Source: a virus
Length of the DNA stretch: 10,976 nucleotides
Virus genome (UHGV): UHGV-0119342
Strand: one strand, 5' to 3'
The notes beneath the pieces are model-generated. The model was not told the DNA's origin and searched no databases. It saw only the letters and a list, made by a program, of their open reading frames with translations. Position 1 is the stretch's first letter. Each line of letters starts with the position of its first letter. The translations under genes and the position numbers were made by a program. Of the stretch, positions 1 to 7,542 are shown piece by piece.

Positions 1-12
1 AGGAACAAACGC

Positions 13-61
13 TTAATCGCGGTTTACATCAGCGCGGCGTTAATCGGGTGATTTTCATCAG
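13..61. repeat. Imperfect tandem direct repeat upstream of the recombinase gene (ttaatcgcggtttacatcag at 13-32; ttaatcgggtgattttcatcag at 40-61)
   Basis: Two copies read directly, both starting with ttaatcg and ending with catcag, 27 bp apart; aatcgcg recurs at 93-99. Function not established. Confidence 0.4.
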
Positions 62-124
62 ACACGTTTAAATACACCATCTAAAGCGATACAATCGCGC
101 TATTAGTTTTTATGGTGGTAAAGA

Positions 125-1528
125 ATGAAACGTGTAATCAGCTACATCAGATTCAGTTCTGAGCGACAAGCCAAAGGCGACTCACTACGCAGACAGTCTA
201 AGATGGTTAATGACTGGCTTAAGGCTCATCCTGAGTACTACCTTGACCAAGATTTATCCTTCCGTGATTTGGGGGTGAGTGGGTTCACTGGTAAGCACTT
301 GAAAGGTGGCTTAGGTGACTTTTTAACCGCTATCGAGAAAGGGCTTGTTAAAGCTGGTGATACGCTCTTGATAGAATCTCTTGACCGTCTGTCACGTCAA
401 GATGTAGACCAAGCAAGTGAGCTACTCAGAAACATTCTTCGCTCTGGTGTAGATGTGGTCACCTTGTCCGATGGTGAACATTACACACGAGAATCTCTTA
501 AAGACCCGTTAGCTCTGATTAAAAGCATTTTGATAATGCAGCGGTCGCATGAGGAAAGTTTGAGGAAGTCTGAGCGTATACAAGCTGCATGGGATGCAAA
601 GAAAGAAGCTGCTAAAGCCGGTATCAAGATTTCTAGGCGTTGTCCTGCATGGCTTAAGCTTAATGATGACCGTAAAAGCTTCTCTGTGATACCTGAGAAG
701 GTAGAAACTGTGAGGAGATGCTTTCAATTACGGTTAGAGGGTAAGTCTATCTGGGAGATTGTCCGGATTCTTAATGATGAAGGTCACCAGACACTTAACC
801 AGTACAAAGCAGGTAAGTTTGGTCAAACCTCAGTGCAAGACCTTCTGAAAAATCGCTCTGTAATTGGTTACTTCACACCTAAAGGCTGTGAGGAGATAGT
901 TGGTTATTTCCCCCCTATCATCCCTGAGACTGATTTCTACAAAGTCCAGCAACTATCATATTCTCGTTATGGAAGAAAGCCTGCTTCAGATAAACCATTG
1001 AGTGTGAATCTTTTCAAAGGTGTTATCCGTTGTTCTGAATGTGGTCATGCTCTGATTATCACAGGCTTTAGCGATACAAGAAGCGGTATATATCGCTGTC
1101 CTTCTCGAAATGAAAACCGTTGCAATGCCAAAGGGCTGTCACGTAAGCAAACCGATGGTACATTACTTGCCCTGCTATCCCGTATAGACCGATTTGATAG
1201 CGATATGACGAATACCATAGACACACTGAAGCTACACCGTGAACACATCTCAAGCAATATTGAAAAGCTGGTACAGCTATCACTTGAAATTGAAGACTTG
1301 TCCGCTATTACCAGCAAACTAAAACAGTTAAAAGGTGAGCTATCACAGGTTGATGCGGATATCGAGAAGGAGACACAACGCCTTAAATCTATTGATGTGG
1401 GGTGTTTGTCTGATTGTGACTTGACTACAAAGGCGGGAAGGATTGAAGCACAACTGATAATCAAAAGTGCTGTTAAAGAGGTCGTTTTGAATACTGCTAA
1501 ACGTCGATGTAACTTTTCACAACGGTAA
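125..1528 (+). CDS. Large serine recombinase (integrase/resolvase family)
   Basis: 467-aa ORF. N-terminal resolvase-type catalytic region (YIRFSSERQ with candidate catalytic Ser; LIESLDRLSRQ), Cys-rich zinc-ribbon-like segment (CSECGH...YRCPSRNENRC), C-terminal coiled-coil-like stretch. GGTGG about 8 nt upstream of ATG. Confidence 0.85.
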   Translation: MKRVISYIRFSSERQAKGDSLRRQSKMVNDWLKAHPEYYLDQDLSFRDLGVSGFTGKHLKGGLGDFLTAIEKGLVKAGDTLLIESLDRLSRQDVDQASELLRNILRSGVDVVTLSDGEHYTRESLKDPLALIKSILIMQRSHEESLRKSERIQAAWDAKKEAAKAGIKISRRCPAWLKLNDDRKSFSVIPEKVETVRRCFQLRLEGKSIWEIVRILNDEGHQTLNQYKAGKFGQTSVQDLLKNRSVIGYFTPKGCEEIVGYFPPIIPETDFYKVQQLSYSRYGRKPASDKPLSVNLFKGVIRCSECGHALIITGFSDTRSGIYRCPSRNENRCNAKGLSRKQTDGTLLALLSRIDRFDSDMTNTIDTLKLHREHISSNIEKLVQLSLEIEDLSAITSKLKQLKGELSQVDADIEKETQRLKSIDVGCLSDCDLTTKAGRIEAQLIIKSAVKEVVLNTAKRRCNFSQR

Positions 1529-1554
1529 GGTAATTGACCTACCAATAACAGAAG

Positions 1555-1613
1555 ACCCCTCGGAGGATGTTACAGAGGCTATACAGTCGCTTTCTGAAGT
1601 CACTGAGAGGGGT
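1555..1613. terminator. Candidate structured terminator region between the convergent recombinase and 254-aa genes
   Basis: Perfect 7-bp inverted repeat acccctc (1555-1561) / gaggggt (1607-1613) with a 45-nt spacer that contains the motifs gttacagagg and agaggctatacag; T-rich flank on the minus-strand side. Long spacer makes terminator function uncertain. Confidence 0.3.
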
Positions 1614-1657
1614 TTAATAGATGTTGATGAGGTTATCATATAGTTGAGATTCTATCG

Positions 1658-2422
1658 TCAGTAGCGCTTGTTAGGATTCACAGAAAACTTCCGTAAAGCA
1701 TTACCCGACTTAAGCACCTTTGAAGCTTGCTCATTAGCTGAGGCTGTGAAGGTGCTCTCACCATTTTTAACGCTAACGCTCTTAGAGCACGTTACACGGG
1801 CTTTTAGCGCTTCATCTGATAACTCACTTGCCGAATAGCTAAAAAGCTCTTTACAGGTCAGCATAGGGCTTCCAAGGCTCGTTGTAGTGTTGCCAGTGTT
1901 CTTTTTACTGGTAGAACCGCCATCATTCGTGGTAGCGACCTTTCCAGTAGCTGCTGAAACATCAGTTTGCCCTACGATTGAACGAAATTCTACACCTTGG
2001 AAGGTCATCTGAATACGAAGACCATTAGCAATGGTATGCTCTTTACTCGCTTTAAACTGAGTAATGATACTATCAGTGATAGATATTCCATCTTTACAAA
2101 CAATAGTGATGATTTGCTTCTGGTCTCGCCATTGTTCAACCGTAGAAATAAAGGTCTCTACAAGTTGCCCCTGTCTGGTTAATAGAACTGAACCCGTCGA
2201 ATCAACCACTACAACACCGCTAATAGAGATGGTCTTAGGTGCTCTCTGAACATTATCAGTGATAGTTTGCCCCGATTGCATAGCCTGAGTTGTCACCATC
2301 ATCGGTGAGTCATAGTCCATCTGTTCAGTAGCTGTTAAGGCAAGAAAAGATTCTACATTATCTCTAAGGTGAAAATAGATACCATCTTTACCTGAGTATC
2401 TAATTTGCTTTGTGTCAAACAT
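1658..2422 (-). CDS. Hypothetical protein, possibly tail-associated (immediately downstream of the tape measure gene)
   Basis: 254-aa ORF, AGGA 9 nt upstream of ATG, Ser/Thr/Gly-rich C-terminal half. Functional guess from position only. Confidence 0.6.
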   Translation of the reverse strand: MFDTKQIRYSGKDGIYFHLRDNVESFLALTATEQMDYDSPMMVTTQAMQSGQTITDNVQRAPKTISISGVVVVDSTGSVLLTRQGQLVETFISTVEQWRDQKQIITIVCKDGISITDSIITQFKASKEHTIANGLRIQMTFQGVEFRSIVGQTDVSAATGKVATTNDGGSTSKKNTGNTTTSLGSPMLTCKELFSYSASELSDEALKARVTCSKSVSVKNGESTFTASANEQASKVLKSGNALRKFSVNPNKRY

Positions 2423-2441
2423 TGTTGTTATTCCTATTCTG

Positions 2442-2487
2442 TTAAGCGTGAGCTACGTGAAATCTAATTTTTGATGTTGGTATCTGC
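2442..2487 (-). promoter_or_regulatory. Conserved promoter-like element, copy A, about 20 nt upstream of the 254-aa gene start
   Basis: Minus-strand reading gcagataccaacatcaaaaattagatttcacgtagctcacgcttaa is about 70 percent identical to a 46-bp element upstream of the tape measure gene; contains a -10-like TAGATT after an A-tract, no canonical -35. Confidence 0.5.
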
Positions 2488-2553
2488 TCAGAAGAAATCA
2501 CGTAGCATTCGACTATTCATAGTTGAATCGTCATACTAGATAAAGATTAATAG

Positions 2554-2571
2554 ATTGCCATGTGTGGCAAT
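2554..2571 (-). terminator. Candidate hairpin 25 nt downstream of the tape measure stop
   Basis: Perfect 7-bp inverted repeat attgcca / tggcaat with 4-nt loop tgtg; AT-rich but not pure U tail on the minus strand. Weak terminator or attenuator. Confidence 0.3.
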
Positions 2572-2595
2572 AAATATTAGTAGTTCTAACATTGT

Positions 2596-4662
2596 TTATT
2601 CCTCTGGGTAAGCGGAGCTAATCAAGGTATCTTCCTGCATACGATTAATATGCGATGTGGTTCTTTCATCAATAACCTTTCCATCAAGTACCGTCTGAGT
2701 TGTGATATTGATTGTCTGAGGCTGAATATTTACTGACGGCTTGATAACCTTTAAATCTTGTGTGAATGTTTCCACTCGACCTTTCAGATTATTTAATGCT
2801 TCAGGTGAAAACTGTGGAACATCTTTTGATTTGCCATGAACCATAGCCCATAAAACAGCAGCTAAAGAGTTCATGTCACCAGTCAATGCTTGGTCTGTGG
2901 GTTCCACCTTTGACCTTACAACTTTGTCAATTGGATTATCTGACTTACTCATCTGACGTTCATAGAACGGTTTAACAATGGAGTTAATCACATCAGTTGC
3001 CATACCGACAATCATTACTTTGGTAATTGCATCAGCTACAGATAATTTTCCTTTACCACCTTCAACACTACCGGAACGTGAATTAATTCTTCCCGCTGCT
3101 GTATTTGCTACATTTCCAAGCATGGAAATAGCCCTAATTAAGTTCCAGATACCACCTACAGCACCAATACCAGACCTTACAGCGACAATACCAGCAAGTC
3201 CCTTTAATGCACTTAACAGGCCATTTGCGATACCATCAGCTACAGCTTTTTGAGTGTCATTTAATTCTCTGTAAGCAAGGGTCACTCTGTCAAAGAATCC
3301 CTGCACTCGGTAGCTAATCGTGGTTAAATCATCAATACCGTTTGACATGCTTTTCATCAGGTCGCCAAAATGTTCACCAAGATTTTTAGATTGACCACCT
3401 AGTGAATTAAGTAAATTAGTCAGTGACCTTGTAAAGTCTGTTAAACCTTCCTGTGAACCGTCGAACATTAAGGCCAGATTATTATTCCATGAATTAGAAA
3501 GGCGGCCTAACTGCGTCTGAGTAGAGTTAATAATCTTTTCCCATCCACCAGCTTTATCAATCATCCTTCCCATTTCAGCGGATACTTTAGGAAGAACATC
3601 TTTAGAAAGAACTTTACCGTTCTTCATAGCTGCATCTAATTGCTCGGTAGTCATCCCAAGGCTTCTGGCAAATAACTGGAAAGCACCTGCCATTCTGTCA
3701 CCTAATTGACCACGTAGCTCTTCAGCCTGAATCTTCCCTTTAGAAGCCATCTGCTCGAAAGCTTTCAGAATCCCGTTAATTTCATCAGTGCTTAAACCCA
3801 TTAGTCGGGATGTACCAATCACATTAGAAAATAAGGATTCTTTCTGGTCTGCATTCATATCACCAGCACCAGCGGAAAACTTAGCAAAGCTACTTAATGT
3901 TTCAATCTGGTCTACACCTGTATTATTAGCAAGATTCTTAACGAAGTCTGTAGCTCGTTTAGCGCCTTCATCGCCTAATACAAATTGTGCCGCTCGTTGT
4001 GATGCTTCTTTTTTCAGACCAATCTCCATAATCTTCCTATAAGCTTCTAAGGCTGTCTGAAAACTATAAATGGCTGTACCTGCTTTGATTGCACTTGTAG
4101 CTAATACATCTAAACCATTTGAAGCATTTTCACTGTGATTGTTTTTGCTGGTGGTCTTATTAAACTTAGAAAGTGTTTCACGTAGATTTTGATTTAACTT
4201 TGCTAACTCACGATTAAAAGCTTCGTTCCCAAGTGTCTTGGATTTACCGCTTAAGCTGTAATACTGGCTTCTAAAATACTTCTCAAGTAGAGGATTAAAG
4301 TCACGAAGCTTGCTCATATTCACGCTATGCGCTGCTGTGATTGCTCTGTTGCCGCTAATTCGTGGTTGCCTTGCTGCTTTAACAGTTTCTTCAACCTGAG
4401 TTTTGAACTTAAAGACCTTCGTAGATTTGGCTCTTTCCTCCAGCTTATTAAAAGTCTGGTTAATCTTCTTTTCCATATTCCCCAAAGAGGCTGTTAAATC
4501 CTTATCCATGCTCTTTGGGTTAACTTTAAATGCTCTATTCAAATTGCGTTCAATTCTTTGTGCTGACTGCAAAGCTGCCTTTTCAACTCTTTGCAGTCCC
4601 TTAATAACGTTTTCATTGAAGCCTAGCTCAACGATAAAACTATCAACTGTGAATTTGCTCAT
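2596..4662 (-). CDS. Phage tail tape measure protein
   Basis: 688-aa ORF. Coiled-coil-like N-terminal region, central segment resembling the conserved tape-measure domain (GKIQAEELRGQLGDRMAGAFQLFARSLGMTTEQLDAAMKNGKV), Gly-rich hydrophobic segments near the C-terminus. AGAGGTG 10 nt upstream of ATG. Confidence 0.8.
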   Translation of the reverse strand: MSKFTVDSFIVELGFNENVIKGLQRVEKAALQSAQRIERNLNRAFKVNPKSMDKDLTASLGNMEKKINQTFNKLEERAKSTKVFKFKTQVEETVKAARQPRISGNRAITAAHSVNMSKLRDFNPLLEKYFRSQYYSLSGKSKTLGNEAFNRELAKLNQNLRETLSKFNKTTSKNNHSENASNGLDVLATSAIKAGTAIYSFQTALEAYRKIMEIGLKKEASQRAAQFVLGDEGAKRATDFVKNLANNTGVDQIETLSSFAKFSAGAGDMNADQKESLFSNVIGTSRLMGLSTDEINGILKAFEQMASKGKIQAEELRGQLGDRMAGAFQLFARSLGMTTEQLDAAMKNGKVLSKDVLPKVSAEMGRMIDKAGGWEKIINSTQTQLGRLSNSWNNNLALMFDGSQEGLTDFTRSLTNLLNSLGGQSKNLGEHFGDLMKSMSNGIDDLTTISYRVQGFFDRVTLAYRELNDTQKAVADGIANGLLSALKGLAGIVAVRSGIGAVGGIWNLIRAISMLGNVANTAAGRINSRSGSVEGGKGKLSVADAITKVMIVGMATDVINSIVKPFYERQMSKSDNPIDKVVRSKVEPTDQALTGDMNSLAAVLWAMVHGKSKDVPQFSPEALNNLKGRVETFTQDLKVIKPSVNIQPQTINITTQTVLDGKVIDERTTSHINRMQEDTLISSAYPEE

Positions 4663-4679
4663 TCATATTTTTCACCTCT

Positions 4680-4725
4680 TTAAGCGTGTTGTACGTAAAT
4701 TCTATTTTTCAGTGTGGGTATTAGC
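4680..4725 (-). promoter_or_regulatory. Conserved promoter-like element, copy B, about 18 nt upstream of the tape measure start
   Basis: Minus-strand reading gctaatacccacactgaaaaatagaatttacgtacaacacgcttaa; -10-like TAGAAT after an A-tract; both copies end in CACGCTTAA just before the RBS. Confidence 0.5.
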
Positions 4726-4779
4726 TTTACAGATTTCATGAGGATAATTCTTATCCGAATCATCACGTAGCACACATAC

Positions 4780-4821
4780 AAAAAAAGGGAGAGCTACCGA
4801 TGTCACTCGATAATCTCTCCC
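4780..4821 (-). terminator. Rho-independent terminator (minus strand) between the 71-aa gene and the tape measure gene
   Basis: Perfect 7-bp GC-rich stem GGGAGAG / CTCTCCC (4787-4793 / 4815-4821), 21-nt loop, followed on the minus strand by a run of 7 U (4780-4786). Confidence 0.55.
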
Positions 4822-4871
4822 CGTACTATAGATTCGATAGAACCTATCTCATATACCCAACCAATTCTTTT

Positions 4872-5087
4872 TTAATGTCTGACAAGATAATGTAATTCCG
4901 TTTCACCTATGATTTGAGCATCAGAAGGAATACGGTCAATACACCACTTTGGAATCTTGCGTGTTTTTGGTTTGTGTGAGGTGATAACTTGACGTTTGTT
5001 TTTAATTCTTAAGGCTGGCTTAGTTTGTAACTTTAAGTTTTCACAAGCCGACTTAATAGTTTCATAACGCTGTTGCAAATCAATCAT
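4872..5087 (-). CDS. Hypothetical small basic protein
   Basis: 71-aa ORF, GAGGT 6 nt upstream of ATG, starts 23 nt after the stop of the upstream 234-aa gene; Lys/Arg-rich C-terminal half. Confidence 0.6.
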   Translation of the reverse strand: MIDLQQRYETIKSACENLKLQTKPALRIKNKRQVITSHKPKTRKIPKWCIDRIPSDAQIIGETELHYLVRH

Positions 5088-5110
5088 TCATCTACCTCAC
5101 ATATGCATAA

Positions 5111-5815
5111 TCAAACAGCCTTGCTAAATTCTCGTGGAACACTCAGAAAATCATTGAAGCTGATAATCTGTGCCAACTCTTGACGGTACTCCTTAGCCAG
5201 CGCTTGATGGTCACTAATCAGCTTAGCCAGTCTTGATTTCAGCAAATTAATCTCATTTTCTCTTGCTTTCATCAGTTTCTCTTTGGCAATTTCTTCAAGC
5301 TCAGCTTGTGATTTATCAGCAACAATTAGAGACAATCGATGTGGTGCTCTGACAGCTCTTTCCGTACGAATAACCCTTTGACCTTCTGGTAAATCTGCAA
5401 TCACTTTACCAATCTCTACAGGGTCATACCCCCAACCGTCACGGTCTAGTCGAGAGAAATAAGCATAAGAATTGGTTTGAAGCTCCATTAAAATAGCCAT
5501 TTCGTCAATTTCGTCTTCAAGCTTGGACTGAATTTTCTCGTAAACACTTCTCATTGCTTCTTGAGAGTCTTTAATAGCTTGGAAATATCGGCGTTGTAGC
5601 TTCAACTTCAAATCAAGTTCACAACTTTCGTTCATAGAAAAATCAATTTCAACTCTTGGAATCTCGAGTGGTTCTGGTGGAATATATGGACCTTTATTTA
5701 CTTCGTGTGATTCCCGCCAAGCTCTATCAAAAGATTCACGCAAAGTTAATTCGTGAATATCAAGTGCACTTGGTCGGCTTTCAATAATCATTTCATTTTC
5801 ATCACGGATAGCCAT
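5111..5815 (-). CDS. Hypothetical acidic protein with coiled-coil-like C-terminal half
   Basis: 234-aa ORF, AGAGGAAAGG 5 nt upstream of ATG; heptad-like helical C-terminal region. No recognisable catalytic motif. Confidence 0.65.
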   Translation of the reverse strand: MAIRDENEMIIESRPSALDIHELTLRESFDRAWRESHEVNKGPYIPPEPLEIPRVEIDFSMNESCELDLKLKLQRRYFQAIKDSQEAMRSVYEKIQSKLEDEIDEMAILMELQTNSYAYFSRLDRDGWGYDPVEIGKVIADLPEGQRVIRTERAVRAPHRLSLIVADKSQAELEEIAKEKLMKARENEINLLKSRLAKLISDHQALAKEYRQELAQIISFNDFLSVPREFSKAV

Positions 5816-6020
5816 TAATACCTTTCCTCTTCTAAGATAATTTATGTTTCAGTTTTTAAAAAGCACACCTGACATCCTCGAACTTAGAAGAGGCTTAAAA
5901 GGCGTTTGCCAAGTATGCTTTTTAAAAGCTGAAAAGGCCCTAGATAACTAAAACGCTATAAAGGGCTAAGGTGAAGAAATTAAAACATCTAAAGGATTCA
6001 ATAACGAATGAACAAGAGTA

Positions 6021-6069
6021 CTTTTCGAGATGACCTCTCAGGTTATATAAGAGGTCATGTAGCGAAAAG
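6021..6069. repeat. Nested palindrome in the leader upstream of the 234-aa gene
   Basis: Inner perfect 9-bp inverted repeat atgacctct / agaggtcat (6030-6038 / 6050-6058) with 11-nt spacer, flanked by outer arms cttttcg (6021-6027) / cgaaaag (6063-6069). No U-tract on either strand. Confidence 0.45.
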
Positions 6070-6155
6070 CATTGCACCTTTCCAAATCAGAATATCCATC
6101 CATCGGATTATTGAAAATATGATTTTAGGAAGAGTTGCTCTTCCCTATAATTAAA

Positions 6156-6184
6156 ATTATGTCATACTTAAGGTTATTTGTCAA
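6156..6184 (-). promoter_or_regulatory. Candidate sigma70-type promoter (minus strand) for the 234-aa / 71-aa genes
   Basis: Minus-strand -35 TTGACA (6179-6184), 17-bp spacer, -10 CATAAT (6156-6161); implies a leader of about 330 nt. Confidence 0.4.
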
Positions 6185-6462
6185 CAGCCTTTTAACAGAT
6201 TGGTAACATCAATTTCTATTTACTGTGTTGCCTACCCAGCAACCAACAAATAAGCCAAGCAACGTCCAAGCAATTATTAAGCCCATTAGTGAACCCTCAC
6301 AGAATCCGTAACCAAAATATTGTCGCCGTACAGGATTGTCACAGCACCTTTCAAAAATTGCTCTGGGGAAATACTGTATTTGTTCGTTTGCTCGATAACC
6401 AATCTTTTCATGTCGCTGTCTGCAATTGGTAGCATCATTCGAGGCTCGTTAAACTCCACCGA

Positions 6463-6609
6463 CTAAATAAAGTCAGAGATGTTTTCTGCATTATCAGCCA
6501 TCAGCTTTAGTAATTTATCAAAATTAATTGCGATACCTGCATCACTGAAAGCCTGAATCATCAGAGCGGTGTCGTTATCAACGAAAATCTGTAATTCGTA
6601 ATTGCTCAT
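6463..6609 (-). CDS. Small acidic hypothetical protein (48 aa, not in the supplied ORF track)
   Basis: Hand translation MSNYELQIFVDNDTALMIQAFSDAGIAINFDKLLKLMADNAENISDFI; AAGGAG 9 nt upstream of ATG. Confidence 0.4.
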   Translation of the reverse strand: MSNYELQIFVDNDTALMIQAFSDAGIAINFDKLLKLMADNAENISDFI

Positions 6610-6764
6610 TTTTAAAATCTCCTTTTTACCAGACCTCCTCAATCGCTCTGTAACGAGCTAAACAGTCTTTTTCAGGGGTAGCCTGTACAGTGGTATTACC
6701 CACCCTAAAATAAGATAGTTTTTTGCGTTAGAATGCGATTGAGAGCGTCTGAGAAGCTGTTTTT

Positions 6765-7052
6765 CTAATTTCTCTTAAAGTCTCGGACTTGCATAAGATT
6801 TTTTGGTCTGGTATCGGCTCTGTTACCATTTCGATGGATAATTTGCTTATTGGATTGATAGCCATGATAAAGGAACCAGACAACATATTTCACGTAGAAA
6901 GTATATCGGCCTATATTAAATGTTTTGTTGCCGTAGTCGTCGGTATTTATCGTGACTGACTCTCCATCAGACCAGCACAGGGAATCACTGGATTCATCAT
7001 AGATAAGGTGTTCTGTAAAATATCGTCTAACATCTTCATGCCAAGGTTTCAT
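6765..7052 (-). CDS. Truncated HNH-like protein, paralogue of the N-terminal part of the 9540-10064 endonuclease
   Basis: 95-aa ORF, GAGGAGG 4 nt upstream of ATG. Shares KPWHEDVRRY with KAWPEEVIRY and VVWFLYHG...IIHRNGNRADTRPKNL with VIFYLYHG...IDHIDGDPLNNAISNL, but ends before the final HNH Asn and has no AP2 domain. Confidence 0.65.
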   Translation of the reverse strand: MKPWHEDVRRYFTEHLIYDESSDSLCWSDGESVTINTDDYGNKTFNIGRYTFYVKYVVWFLYHGYQSNKQIIHRNGNRADTRPKNLMQVRDFKRN

Positions 7053-7264
7053 AAAACCTCCTCACCCCAATAACCTAATTCAATCTTGTGACGCTCAAAC
7101 CATTCTGGCTTGACTGCTGCTTTCAGTACTTCATTTGGGCCAATGGCTTTAATGAAAATATCTTTTGAGTTATGGATGTCACCGAATCCGTTTCCTTTAA
7201 TCAGGAGGTCGGAGATGTAGCGAATCATTTTATCTGTGTGGTATTCAAAGGTAACGCATAGCAT
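7049..7264 (-). CDS. Hypothetical protein
   Basis: 71-aa ORF, GGAGG 4 nt upstream of ATG; start overlaps the stop of the upstream gene by 1 nt, and its stop overlaps the start of the 95-aa gene by 4 nt. Confidence 0.55.
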   Translation of the reverse strand: MLCVTFEYHTDKMIRYISDLLIKGNGFGDIHNSKDIFIKAIGPNEVLKAAVKPEWFERHKIELGYWGEEVL

Positions 7265-7542
7265 TAAACCTCCAGAGACAGCTTGTGAATTTTAAGACTC
7301 AATAGACGGGCAATATCAATCTTAAAGCCGTTAAGCGCCTTCAAAGTAGCTAAAGCGTCCTGACTAATTCGGATGTGTTTACGACCTTTAGAGACTGGAT
7401 ATTTCAGTAAATCCGACTCAGTAACCTCTTTAGCAATTGCAAGCTGCATAACAGTTTGATGAGGGAGGTTAGTTGTCTGTTTAATTCGGGTAAGCTCGTG
7501 AAAGGCTTCTTCTGAAATACGGGTCAAAGTGTGTTTCTTCAT
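7264..7542 (-). CDS. Ribbon-helix-helix (CopG/Arc-like) DNA-binding protein, putative regulator
   Basis: 92-aa ORF, AGAGGA 8 nt upstream of ATG. N-terminus MKKHTLTRISEEAFHELTRIKQTTNLPHQTVMQLAIAKEV fits the RHH strand-helix-helix pattern; a second similar segment (HIRISQDALATLKAL...) may be a tandem repeat. Confidence 0.55.
   Translation of the reverse strand: MKKHTLTRISEEAFHELTRIKQTTNLPHQTVMQLAIAKEVTESDLLKYPVSKGRKHIRISQDALATLKALNGFKIDIARLLSLKIHKLSLEV

Noticed and set aside
1-60. Resemblance of aacaaacgc ... gcgcggcgttaatcg to integron attC-type repeats
   Set aside because: Based only on memory of attC consensus features; the match is short and cannot be verified without an alignment, so it is not called.
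509-1545. Minus-strand ORFs at 509-727, 1045-1545 and 1068-1283 inside the recombinase gene
   Set aside because: Antisense to a well-supported gene with clear domain motifs; no RBS and odd composition (Cys/Ser-rich). Shadow ORFs.
1997-2249. Plus-strand ORFs at 1997-2182 and 2064-2249 inside the 254-aa gene
   Set aside because: Antisense to a gene with a good RBS and coupled context; no translational signals of their own.
2978-4741. Plus-strand ORFs at 2978-3253, 3788-4042 and 4403-4741 overlapping the tape measure gene
   Set aside because: Antisense to the tape measure gene; proteins are low-complexity Pro/Ala/Ser/Leu-rich shadows of the coding strand.
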